A DNA stretch of 64,000 bases from the human T2T-CHM13v2.0 reference genome, Homo sapiens. The stretch lies in NCBI RefSeq assembly GCF_009914755.1, contig NC_060929.1, one strand, 5' to 3'. A program made the translations under genes and the position numbers. The notes beneath the pieces are model-generated. The model saw nothing but the letters and a program-made list of their open reading frames with translations, was not told where the DNA came from and searched no databases. How positions within the stretch are numbered: the stretch's first letter is position 1; each line of letters begins with the position of its first letter. Below are positions 52,640-64,000 of this stretch, piece after piece.

Positions 52640-55600
52640 TGGGAATAGTAGAAATATTATCCACCGATACCACACAGAGGAACCAGAAGATGGTACTTTC
52701 ACCAAGACATTTAAAATTTGGGAGAAGAGGGGAAAGGATATTATTGAAAAGCTTTTATTTGGGAGGCCAAGGTTGATGAATGACTTGAGTCTAGTTCAAG
52801 ACCAGCCTGGCCAACATGTCAAAACCCCATCTCTACTAAAATACAAACATAATAGCTGGACATGGTGGTACATGCCTGTAATCCCAGCTACTTCGGAGGA
52901 ACCCAGAAGGCATAGGCTGCAGTGAGCCAAGATTGAGCCACTGCACTCTAGCCTGGGTGACAGAGCAAGATGGTGTCTCAAAAAAAAAAAGAAAGAAAGA
53001 AAGAAGGAGAAAAAGAAAAGCTTATAAATGGCACCTATGGGCTGGAAATGATGGTAGCAAGCTCTGAGTAGAATTGAATTTCTCTAGCTCAATGAAAAAA
53101 GAAGGATCTTAGAGGTCAGATGGCAATGCTTTATCAAAGACAAGGGGCAATGGAATGCTATCTATAGTGGTCATCAAACAAATTATGAGTCTCTAGAAAT
53201 GTCAGAGATGAGCAGCCTTCTAAGGTGCTACTTGATACGTACAGAAGGAAAAAGTCTAGTACAGAAAGCCAGAACCTTCACTCAAGTGAAAGCCATGAGA
53301 TGCTAAACCTCTTATACAGTTTCCAGATGTTGATTTATACAAGAGGAGCCCTTTAACTGGGAGGGAGGAAAATATATAAAGGGAATCTTACAACATGGCC
53401 ATAGGTCCCAAGAAAGACCTGCGGCTCAAGTGCTAGGAAATGAGAATTACCTATAATTTTCAGAGAATATCATATGTTGGCTCTGAACTTGCACTGCTTC
53501 CCAGAGACCCAATTCCACTCTGGCTCACTAGTGAAACAAGAGATTTACAGACGTTAGGTAATACAAAGGATACCAGTCCAGGTAAATTTAACAAAAGTCC
53601 AGTGTGACTGATGATAAATTGTGTGTTATTTTCAAAATCATAAATAAATTAGAAGGATTTCCACACTGGTTTCAATATCTATGGAGTAAAGTGTATTACG
53701 GCAGAAAGAGCTACACAGAAGTCCCTGGAACTACATACTCCTGGAAAAAAAAGTAAATCAAAGAATTATTTCATTCCTCAGGATCTGAAGAGATTATTTT
53801 TATCATCAAGAACCTCAGAGATGCAGGGGTATTGATTCCTACATCTCCCATTTAACTTGTTTGATTACCTGGCACAGAAACCAATTGAATAATGCATAAT
53901 AATTATAGAGGGTTACAGGCTAAATCAGGTTGTGATGTCCATCAGAGCTTTCTTTTCAGATATAGTGTCTTTACTTGAGCAAATCAACACAGCACTTGGT
54001 GCAAGAATTGCTACAAATTCTTCCTTCCCATCAGTAAGAAAAATATCAAGCAGTTTGCATTTACAAAACAATACAATTTGAACAGGAAAAAGACTTTCTC
54101 TTGCTCCATTACTAAGTCAATATGTTGCTGCTGCATAATACAATCTGGAAAAAAATTATAATGATCAAATTCTACAGAAGATTCCATTGGATATTATGTT
54201 GATGGCATTATGCTAATTAGATATAATAAATATGAGCTTGTAAACACCCTATATGTCTTAGTAATGTAACTGTGCAATGAAGGGTGAGACATAAACTTGG
54301 ATCAATTCCAGGGAATTATTAAATTTCTAGGGAATAAGTGGTCAAAGCATGTAAAGATATTTCTTCTAAAATGAGAAAGATACGATGATCCATTCTGTTT
54401 GACCAATGAAAAAGCTTTTGCTGGTTACATTTAGATTAGGAAACATCATCTCCAGTCATGCTTTTTCAGTGCATTTATTGGGTAATCCCCTGAAGCTGAC
54501 AGTTTTGAGTAGGACCTTGAACAAGAGGTGTGCTGATCGTCATGTCCTGGGTGTTTTTTGATTCAATGAATCATCAAATTCATCATGCAGAGCAGAATCT
54601 AGTTATAAATTTAAGCTTGCATATAGGAGACTTGGATATAGAAGGTCCAGAAGCTTAAAGTAAACTTCATCAGCAAGTGGCTTATAAGTCAATTAGCTAT
54701 TAATTTACTGACTTTTTCTCTGCTTCCTAAGCTCCCCAGTTAACACATGAGGAAGCAAGACTATACACAAGGGTAACACAAAACATATCCATTGTACGCA
54801 AGAAAACTGCTGGAAACTGATATTAAAAAATAAATAGCATTGGAAAAGTTGGTAACAAGGATATCTGAGTGAAATGAATGTAGATAGACTTCTTAGAACA
54901 GGCGTTGATAGTCACTGAGTGGGAAGACATTTTGATTACAAATGAATGCAAACAGTGAGCATTCGAGGTGGTAGATGTTCTCAGTAATTAGATGGCTAAG
55001 GTGCCTTATCCTATGGATAGCAGACAGTCTCTTTCTCTGGTCATTCTAAATATGCCTTGGAGGTTCCATGAACAACGTAGCCATGATGACAAGAAAAGAG
55101 TCTGCCCACAGTCGCAAAAGCTGATCTGGTGAAAGCCTCTGCTGACTCACCAAAATCCCAACATTCTTGGGCCAAAGCTAAGCTCCCAATATAACATAAT
55201 TGTCTGGGATTATCAGTCAACTAGTGTTTCCAGGTTGATTTTGTTGGAATCCTCCCATGATGGAGGAGGATAGTTCATTTTCTGAATTTTGATGGACATA
55301 TATGCAGTTTGTCTGCCCAGCATCACCATTGATGAGTTTCCTGAATGCCTTCTCTTTTTCGATGGTACCCTACACAGGATTGCCTCTGATCATTGGGCAT
55401 ATTCCTCAGCAAAGAAAATATAGCAATGGGTTCACAGCCATGGAATTCACTAGCCATCACCCAGAGCCATTGGGTTGATGGTTGGAAAGCTCACCAAGAA
55501 GTTATTTATGGTACTGCCTGGAAAATAACATGCTGTAAAGCTGAGGTACACTCCTATACTCTGTGGCAAATGCTTTTAAATTGTAGTGCAATATATTTTG

Positions 55601-56130
55601 CAGACTTTCTCACAGTCTAGATACACAACTTCAGAAACCAATATAGTGAGGTGCAATTATAAACCCTACGTGATGCAATTTTTGCTGATCCCCAAAACCT
55701 GTGGCTCCATTGCTTTGGAGATTTTACTTTCCAGGAGAGAATTGCTTCCATAGGAAAGATTGTCACAGTTTTGATGAATTAGAAGCTAAGTCAGTCCCTG
55801 GCAATTTTAGAATACCAGTACCCCTGAATTAACAGGCAGAGGAGTTTATTTTATTGATTGATGTTATTGATTTAGATTATTAGGAGGAAACAGAGTTTCT
55901 GCTACATAATTTGAGTAAGGATATTTAAGTTTGGAATTCAGGGGATTGGTTGAGGAATTTTTGCCTAATAATTCTAGTCAATGGAAAATTGTTGAAAAAC
56001 AATAAAAATAAGACCACTGAACAATCATATTATATGATAATGAATGCTGAATCACTTCTCGGGAACCAAATAAAACACATTTTCAGTTGTTAATGGAGTG
56101 CAAATGCAATGGGAACTGGGTCATTACTAG
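52640..56130 (+). mobile_element. ERV-L class internal relic (gag-pro-RT-IN-dUTPase), heavily decayed
   Basis: Fragmentary translations: protease-like 'VGSELALLPRDP' (~53475); RT 'IKNLRDAGVLIP', 'LNQVV..DIVSLLEQINT', 'YYVDGIMLI' (~54195); IN 'HEQRSH', 'QVDFVG', 'IASD'; dUTPase-like 'VIDLDY..LLHN' (~55860). Confidence 0.85.
52758..53014 (+). mobile_element. 5'-truncated Alu with small internal deletion, nested in ERV-L gag
   Basis: Starts tttgggaggcc; TSD gaaaagctttta / gaaaagcttata. Confidence 0.95.
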
Positions 56131-56239
56131 TAACCTAAAGCTCATGAATATGGGATCATGTAAAATGTGCTTTAAACTGAATATTTATTTATTTTTTCAC
56201 CATTTTAAACCCCTGCTACCTTTGCTTTTTAGTCAAAGA

Positions 56240-56490
56240 TCATTGGCTCTCTCAAGGCTCTCTTCTCTATGTGATGTTGTTCTAGTTTCTGGTAAATACG
56301 TCTTCCCCTGCTACCATCCCTGTTCTTCCCAGTTTAAAAGAGGTATTAACTCTGTTGCAACTAGGCTCAGTTGACTAGCCAATCGCTTTGCTTTACCTAC
56401 AGCTACCCATACCTTTAAAAATAATACCTTTATTAAAATCTTCCCGGATTATCATCATCTGTGTATATCATCTGCCTCATAACTTTGATA
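56240..56490 (+). mobile_element. LTR33-like 3' LTR fragment following the ERV-L internal sequence
   Basis: ttctggtaaatacgtcttcccc...cctttaaaaataatacctttattaaaatc...atctgcctc. Confidence 0.55.
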
Positions 56491-57315
56491 TTTCATGTTA
56501 TTTAAAAATATTATGTGAATATGTAATACTTCATGGATGTTAGGAGAGAATGTGTATATTTATATATATATAATTTAGCAAAAGTGCTATGTTTATCATT
56601 TATTGTTCACAGCTTATGGATCTCAGTTAGCAGTAGGAGAGAAGGGCCTCTTATTTTGGCATCTGTTTTTTGGGATTTGGGGTTTTGTTTTTAATATACT
56701 TTATACGGCAAAAATTCTAGTTATTTCTTCATTTACCTTCTCAATATTAAGTTTAAAATTATGATTTCTATAAGAAAATATTTTATTTGTAATGCTTATT
56801 AGTAATATAATAATGATCATGCATCAACTGAATAAATCAAATGTTAAAAGTTGATTTAAAGTCTTTTCTGTAACTTCCCAATAATGTTGTAATTATTAGA
56901 ACTTCTTTCTAACTTGTGAATGTCATTCAGGAATACAATTCAATACTACAAGCAATTATTCTGAATGGCTTGTATTTATCCTTACCATATGTGACTTTTC
57001 TTATCTATCTATCTATCTATCCATCCATTTTTATCCACCTATGAATTATTTCTAATCATAATCATAATTAGATAGAATTAGATCTAACATTATAATTAGA
57101 TATAATTAAATCTGTAATTATACCTAGTGGTTTGCATATATCAAAATATAAGTGATTTGAATATCTGTTTGTTTCTTTTTATAACATTCTTTCCTTGATA
57201 AGTACTATGTTTGCAATATTTAATCATGTTGACATATGTAAGGTTCTGATTATTTTCTGATGTAAAATCTTATATAGCTACATGACTATTTATCCGTTAT
57301 TTTGTTAATGTTCTT

Positions 57316-58605
57316 TTTTTTTTTTTAAATAAACAATAGAAATTTATTTTTCCCAGTTCTGGAGGTTAGGAAGTCCAAGATCTAGGTGCCAGAAGATTTA
57401 GAGTCTGATGAGGGCCCATTTTCTGGCTCATAGACAGTGTCTTCTCACTGTGTCCTCACATGGTAGAATGAGGGAACACGTTTCTTCAGGCCACTTTAGT
57501 AAGGGCACTAATTCTATTCATGAGGGCTCCACCCTTATGAACTATTCACCTCCTAAAGGCCCCACCTTTTAATGTCATCATTTTGGGGGTTTAGGATTTC
57601 AACATTTGAATTTGAGTAGGACATAAACCTTCAGACCACAGCATCATCTTTGAAAGTCTTCATGTTTGTTTGTTCTGCTATGCCCAGACTTTTTTAGTTG
57701 TAAGAGGGGCTCTTTCTTTCTTTTTTTCTTTTCTCTCTCTTTATTTATTTATTTATTTATTTATTTTTTAATTTTTATTTTTTTTATTGATCATTCTTGG
57801 GTGTTTCTTGCAGAGGGGGATTTGGCAGGGTCATAGGACAATAGTGGAGGGAAGGTCGGCAGATAAACAAGTGAACAAAGGTCTCTGGTTTTCCTAGGCA
57901 GAGGACCCTGCGGCCTTCCGCAGTGTTTGTGTCCCTGGGTACTTGAGATTAGGGAGTGGTGATGATTCTTAACGAGCATGCTGCCTTCAAGCATCTGTTT
58001 AACAAAGCACATCTTGCACCGCCCTTAATCCATTTAACCCTGAGTGGACACAGCACATGTTTCAGAGAGCACAGGGTTGTGGGTAAGGTCACCGATCAAC
58101 AGGATCCCAAGGCAGAAGAATTTATCTTAGTACAGAACAAAATGAAAAGTCTCCCATGTCTACTTCTTTCTACACAGACACGGCAACCATCCGATTTCTC
58201 AATCTTTTCCCCACCTTTCCCCCCTTTCTATTCCACAAAACCGCCATTGTCATCCCGGCCCGTTCTCAATGAGCTGTTGGGTACACCTCTCAGACGGGGT
58301 GGTGGCCGGGCAGAGGGGCTCCTCACTTCCCAGTAGGGGTGGCCGGGCAGAGGCGCCCCTCACCTCCTGGATGGAGCGGCTGGCCGGGCAGAGGGGCGCC
58401 TCACTTCCTAGTAGGGGCGGCCGGGCAGAGGCGCCCCTCACCTCCCGGACGGGGCGGCTGGCCGAGCGGGGGGCTGACCCCCCCACCTCCCTCCCGGACA
58501 GGGCGGCTGGCTGGGCGGGGGGCTGACCCCCCCACCTCCCTCCTGGACGGGGCGGCTGGCCGGGCGGGGGGCTGACCCCCCCACCTCCCTCCCAGACGGG
58601 GCGGA
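57316..58605 (-). mobile_element. SVA insertion (SVA_D-F-like), 5'-truncated in the VNTR, with 3' transduction
   Basis: SINE-R ~57788-58275 (tgatcattcttgggtgtttct...), GC-rich VNTR 58280-58604, two poly-T tracts, 17-bp TSD attttgttaatgttctt (57299-57315) / attttgttgatgttctt (58606-58622). Confidence 0.95.
57327..57643 (-). mobile_element. MLT1A0-like LTR, truncated at its poly(A) site, part of the SVA-transduced segment
   Basis: aaacaatagaaatttattttt..cagttctggagg...tcagaccacagca; U5 end absent and replaced by poly-T. Confidence 0.88.
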
Positions 58606-59174
58606 ATTTTGTTGATGTTCTTACATGTCATTTCCAAATATTTGGCCTTACAAAAATAATGATAATTTTAACATTTTGATCAATCGTTTTGTATATAAAT
58701 ATATGTGAAACATGTTATTAGAATGCTACAACAAATGACTGGAATTGCTGTGTTGTAGAATAGTCACATATTCAGCTTAACTAGATATTGCTAAATTGCT
58801 TTGCTAAATGGTCATAGGTACAATTCATATTCCTGAGAATATAAAATAAAAAATTTCTACAGTTAGCATCTTTGTCAAGACTTTATGTTACAAAATTCTT
58901 TAAAGTTTTCAAGTATTATACACATTAAAAGGTATTTTCTTCTTATTTGAAATATCACTAGATATAACTTTTTTTATTCACAGATTTAAAAAAATTGATG
59001 ATTTGATATTTCCTTAATTGTGTGATATAAGTATGCATTTTTAATCTTTTCAAAGAAATTCTTCAGAACAAGTTTATAAAATACTTTCATAATTGTATTC
59101 AAGATTTTGAAGTTTGTTTCTTATAATGAAATTTATCAGACCTAATATCATAAAAATATCTCCTTATATAATTA

Positions 59175-59623
59175 TTTTATATATATATATTTTTATTATA
59201 CTTTAAGTTCTAGGGTACATGTGCACAATGTGCAGGTTTGTTACATATGTATACATGTGCCATGTTGGTGTGCTGCACCCATTAACTCGTCATTTACATT
59301 AGGTATATCTCCTAATGCTATCCCTCCCCTAGTCCCCCACCCAACAACAAGCCCTGGTGTGTGATGTTCCCCTTCCTGTGTCCAAGTGTTCTCATTGTTC
59401 AGGTCCCACCTATGAGTGAGAACATGCAGTGTTTGGTTTTTGGTCCTTGTGATAGTTTGCTGAGAATGATGGTTTCCAGCTTCATCCATGTCCCTACAAA
59501 GGACATAAACTCATCCTTTTTTATGGCTGCATAGTATTCCATGGTGTATATGTGCCACATATTCTCAATCCAATCTATCATTGTTGGACATTTGGGTTGG
59601 TTCCAAGTCTTTGCTATTATGAA
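59175..59623 (-). mobile_element. L1PA4/5-like 3' fragment
   Basis: ttattatactttaagttctagggtacatgtgcac...; TSD tccttatataatt at 59161 and 59624. Confidence 0.95.
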
Positions 59624-59841
59624 TCCTTATATAATTCTTATATTTTACCCAAAAATAAAATTTTGAATTTTACATGTATAACTTTAATCATGTGATATAT
59701 GGTATATGATAGGTTTCTAGTTATATTGATCAATATGAATGGCAAATTCTCCATGTATTGTCTAAACTTTAATCACTTTTGTGAAATGCCCCCCATGTTA
59801 TTATATCATGTTAAATTTTTATATGTTCAGTTCTATTTCTT

Positions 59842-60104
59842 TTTTCTTTTTTTTTTTTTTTTGAGAAGGAGTCTCACTCTGTCCCCCAGGCTGGAGTGCA
59901 GTGGCGTGATCTCGGCTCACTGCAAGCTCCGCTTCCTAGGTTCACACCATTCTCCTGCCTCAGCCTACTGAGTAGCTGGGACTATGGGCACCCACCACCA
60001 CACCTGGCTAATTTTTTGTATTTTTAGCAGAGATAGGGTTTCACCGTGTTAGCCAGGATTGTCTCAATCTCCTGACCTTGTGATCCGCCTGCCTCGGCCT
60101 CCCA
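59842..60104 (-). mobile_element. AluY-like, 5'-truncated
   Basis: Diagnostic tgcaagctccgc, ttcacaccattctc, ttagccaggat; TSD ttcagttctatttctt / ttcagttctgtttctt. Confidence 0.95.
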
Positions 60105-60279
60105 TTCAGTTCTGTTTCTTAGTGTTACGTTGTACTGCTCATTTACTAACATTACCAATTCCATATAATTTCTATTATTTGTCATGTTTTTGTCTACACT
60201 TCAAAAAATTTCCTCAACTGTTCTTTTTAATTCTTTAAAAAATTCTGCTTTCAGTTTTTAATTTCCAAGTTATCATGCA

Positions 60280-61655
60280 TTTATTTTATTTTTATTTTTA
60301 TTTTTGGACACAGAGTCTCTCTCTGTCACCCAGGGTGGAGTGCAGTGCCACACTCTCAGCTCACTGCAACCTCCGCCTCCCCAGTTCAAGCAATTCTCCT
60401 GCCTCAGCCTCCCATGTAGCTGAGACTACAGGCACCTGCTACCACGCCCAGCTAGTTTTTTTTATTTTAGTAGAGACGGAGTGTTGCGGGAAGTCAGGGA
60501 CCCTGAATGGAGGGACTGGCTGAAGCCATGGCAGAAGAACATAAATTGTGAAGATTTCATGGACATTTGTTAGTTCTCCAAATTAATACTTTTATAATTT
60601 CTTAAACCTGTCTTTACTGCAATCTCTGAAATAAATTGTGAAGATTTCATGAACATTTATCACTTCCCCAGTCAATACTCTTGTGATTTCCTATGCCTGT
60701 CTTTACTTTAATCTCTTAATCCCATCATCTTCATAAGCTGAGGATGTATGTTGCCTCAGGACCCTGTGATGATTTTGTTAACTGCACAAATTGTTCATTA
60801 AGCATGTGTGTTTAAACAATATGAAATCTGGGCACCTTGAAAAAAGAACAGGATAACAGTAATGTTCAGGGAACAAGGGAGATAACCATTAGGTCTGACT
60901 GCCTGAGAGCCAGGTGGAACAGAGCCATATTTCTCTTCTTACAAAAGCAAATAGGAGAAATATCACTGAATTCTTTTTCTCAGCAAGGAACAGCCCTGAG
61001 AAAGAGAATGCATTCTTATAGGGAGGTCTCTGAAATGGCCACTCTGGGAATGTCTGTCTTACATGGTTGTTGTAAGGGATGAAATAAGCCCCAGTCTCCC
61101 ATAGCCCTCCCAGGCCTATTAGGATGAGGAAATTCCCACCTAGTAAATTTTAGTCAGACAGGTTGTCTGCTCTCAAAACCTATCTCCTGATAAGATGTTA
61201 TCAATGACAATGCGTGCCCGAAACTTCATTAGCCATTTTAATTTTGCCCTGGTGCTCTGCCCCAATTTGCCTTGTGATATTTTATTGCCTTGTGAAGCAT
61301 GTGATCTCTATGATCCACACCCTATTCACACACTCCCTCCCCTTTGAAAACCACTAATAAAAACTTGCTGGTTTTGCAGCTCAGGGGGCATCAGGGAACC
61401 TGCCGACATGTGATGTCTCCCCTGGACACCCAGCTTTAAAATTTCTCTCTTTTGTACTCTTTCCCTTTATTTCTCAGACCGGCTGACACTTAGGGAAATA
61501 GAAAAGAACCAATGTGAAATATTGGGGCTGGTTCCCCTGATAACGATGTTTTACCGTGTTGCCCAGGCTATTCTCAAACTCCTGAGTTCAGGCAAGCCAC
61601 CCACCTTGGCCTCCCAAAGTGCTAGGATGACAGGCATGAGCCATTGCACCCGGCC
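60280..61655 (-). mobile_element. Alu (J/old S type) split by a MER11 LTR (60280-60481 and 61543-61655)
   Basis: Alu stops at tagagacggag and resumes acgatgttttaccgtgttgcccagg. Confidence 0.93.
60482..61542 (+). mobile_element. MER11 (HERV-K11/HML-8) solo LTR
   Basis: tgttgcgggaagtcagggacc...ataaattgtgaagatttcatg (x2)...aataaaaacttgctgg...ggttcccctgata; 6-bp TSD acggag / acgatg. Confidence 0.95.
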
Positions 61656-61902
61656 TGTTTTAACTTTTTAATTGGCAATTAATTATGTTGCTCCTAGTAG
61701 ACAACTTCTTTATCTTAGAGGATTCCGAGACTTGTTCATTTTTTTTCTTCTTTTTGTTTTGTCTTGGATTGATTTTTCTCCAGGCATTTACAGCGTTTTT
61801 CTTTGATCCTCTTTTGTTGTTGTTTTTCTTTTCTTTTTTTTTTTTAATAATAGAGGATTTCCTCAGCCATCTGGAGATTATTGTACACCCACTGAGACCC
61901 AC

Positions 61903-61960
61903 TGTAATTTACAATTGCATAGAAATTGCATAGAAATGTAATTTACAATTGCATAGAAAT
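61903..61960. repeat. Compound short duplication X-Y-Y-X-Y
   Basis: X=tgtaatttacaa, Y=ttgcatagaaa. Confidence 0.9.
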
Positions 61961-62394
61961 GCCTATTGACTGGTGGAAATTATAAAGGATGGGGAAATAT
62001 AACATTTTATTGAAGAAATGCAGTGATTTTATTGTTGCATTCAGGGAGGCTGCTAAAAGACACAAGCTTCTGTATGTAGATTTTCATATATTTTCATGCT
62101 TGAATTGAACAAGTGTCTAATGGCTTTATCATCTCCTGAAAATCAACTTTCAGTATTCTGAAAGGGCTGGAGTTATGGGGTTTTAACTGCTCTCTAAATA
62201 GACTTTCCATTTATCTATACAACTGGATGTTTCTGGGTTTTTTTTCCAACAATTTTATAATGACCTTATGAGATCCAAACCTTAATCAGCTTTAATTCTC
62301 TTATATTTTCTTCTGCTTTTGTAATTCTATTTCTCATTTGCTCTGTCATTTAATATGTCTGAAATATACCTTTGCGTAGCAAAATTATTACTGA

Positions 62395-62716
62395 TGTTAA
62401 AGAAAAAAATATTTATGACACTTGTTAAAGACGGTAAGGCAGACTTTATTCAAGGGGGCCATTGTGATCGGTATAGGCACTGCTGCAATGGTGTCTGGCA
62501 GTGGGGAAGAGAGATTCGACTCAAATCTGACTCTAACAAGAGCAAGTAGGGATTTATAATTAAGAAGCAGGGTGAATATAAGTGGATGAAAACTCACTAT
62601 GAGGAAACATTGAAAACAAGGTATTTCTGGCTAATCTGACTTGATAGAATTATTGCTGAAGGCAGGCCAGGGTGATAAGGTATTATACCATTGTTGGGGA
62701 ATTTTTACTAAACCAA
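62395..62716 (-). mobile_element. MER31-like ERV1 LTR (interrupted)
   Basis: tgttaaagaaaaaaat...gacacttgttaaag..ggtaaggcagactttattca...gctgaaggcaggccagggtgat. Confidence 0.8.
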
Positions 62717-62830
62717 TGTAGGGAAAACAAAACTTTATCCCTTCCCTCTTAAGGTCCCATGCTAGACCTGAGAATTAAATTAAGATAATATACATAAGTA
62801 GGAGGAAAACACACTGATTTATTTAATATA

Positions 62831-63637
<807 letters not shown>

Positions 63638-64000
63638 CATATATTTTACTCAGCATAAGAGCCTTTATAAGGAAATGAAGACCCAAAGAGGCAGTTAAGA
63701 GTCCAACTCGTATTTACTGAATTAAACAAGAGTGGTTGTGAAATGTGGTGAGGCAAAGGGGCTTCGGTTACAGTCATTTATTGGTTAGAGAAGTGACTAA
63801 GAAGAAAAAGGTTAGTTTAACAAGATTTATTTGTACAGATTTTTCTTATCTTCACCTTCTAATTATTAATGGCAAGAACGCTACTACTTTTGGTATAGAG
63901 AATATGTATTTCACACGGTAATTTCATCTATTGTTTTTAAAAAAACAGAGTTAAAGTAAGAGTGATCTTGAACCTGCCTTGGGTTTTTTTGTTTGCTTGT

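Larger units (their letters stand above)
56900..59900 (-). mobile_element. Ancient L1ME-type fragments, interrupted by SVA and L1PA
   Basis: taatcatgttgacatatgt...tatttatcc [SVA] ...ggaattgctgtgttgtagaata...atattcagcttaactagatattgctaaattgc. Confidence 0.55.

Noticed and set aside
52633-52641. Perfect minus-strand splice donor (CAG/GTAAGT)
   Set aside because: Isolated 9-mer with no supportable acceptor or exon
34840-56490. Two same-orientation LTR33-like pieces as the 5' and 3' LTRs of one provirus
   Set aside because: Several kb of intervening non-retroviral unique sequence (47400-50900) does not resemble an ERV-L leader or gag
58280-58604. Repeat array as CRISPR-like
   Set aside because: No unique spacers; it is the SVA VNTR
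57956-58637. Cluster of GC-rich ORFs that could suggest a CpG-island gene
   Set aside because: Entirely SVA SINE-R and VNTR
61926-61947. ttgcatagaaatgtaatttaca resembles part of the 29430-29712 hairpin arm (20/22)
   Set aside because: A match this short in AT-rich 64 kb is expected by chance, and this copy is created by the local duplication

Overview
AT-rich, CpG-poor genomic DNA from a hominoid, most likely human, judged from an SVA, AluY, MER11 and THE1 elements. No protein-coding gene, tRNA, rRNA or CRISPR array is supportable. The longer six-frame ORFs fall in Alu, L1, LTR, SVA or ERV sequence, and the rest are short chance ORFs. More than half of the window is transposable-element debris: 10 Alus, four long L1s, several L1 3' tips, MaLR/ERV1/ERVK/ERVL LTRs, an ERV-L gag-pro-pol-dUTPase relic, MER5 and Tigger2 DNA transposons, MIR and L2. 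The most notable structures are: (1) a 107-bp-arm inverted repeat of non-TE sequence at 29430-29712, with a perfect inner 54 bp; (2) a 5'-truncated SVA carrying a ~390-bp 3' transduction that ends at the poly(A) signal of a captured MLT1A LTR, all within a 17-bp target-site duplication (TSD); (3) a candidate ancient 3' transduction behind an L1MB nested in an MLT1F LTR; (4) a HERV-K-class provirus collapsed to a 5'-LTR stub, env tail and 3' LTR; (5) two twin-priming L1 inversions and multi-level TE nests. Subfamily names come from my recollection of consensus sequences and need RepeatMasker/Dfam confirmation.
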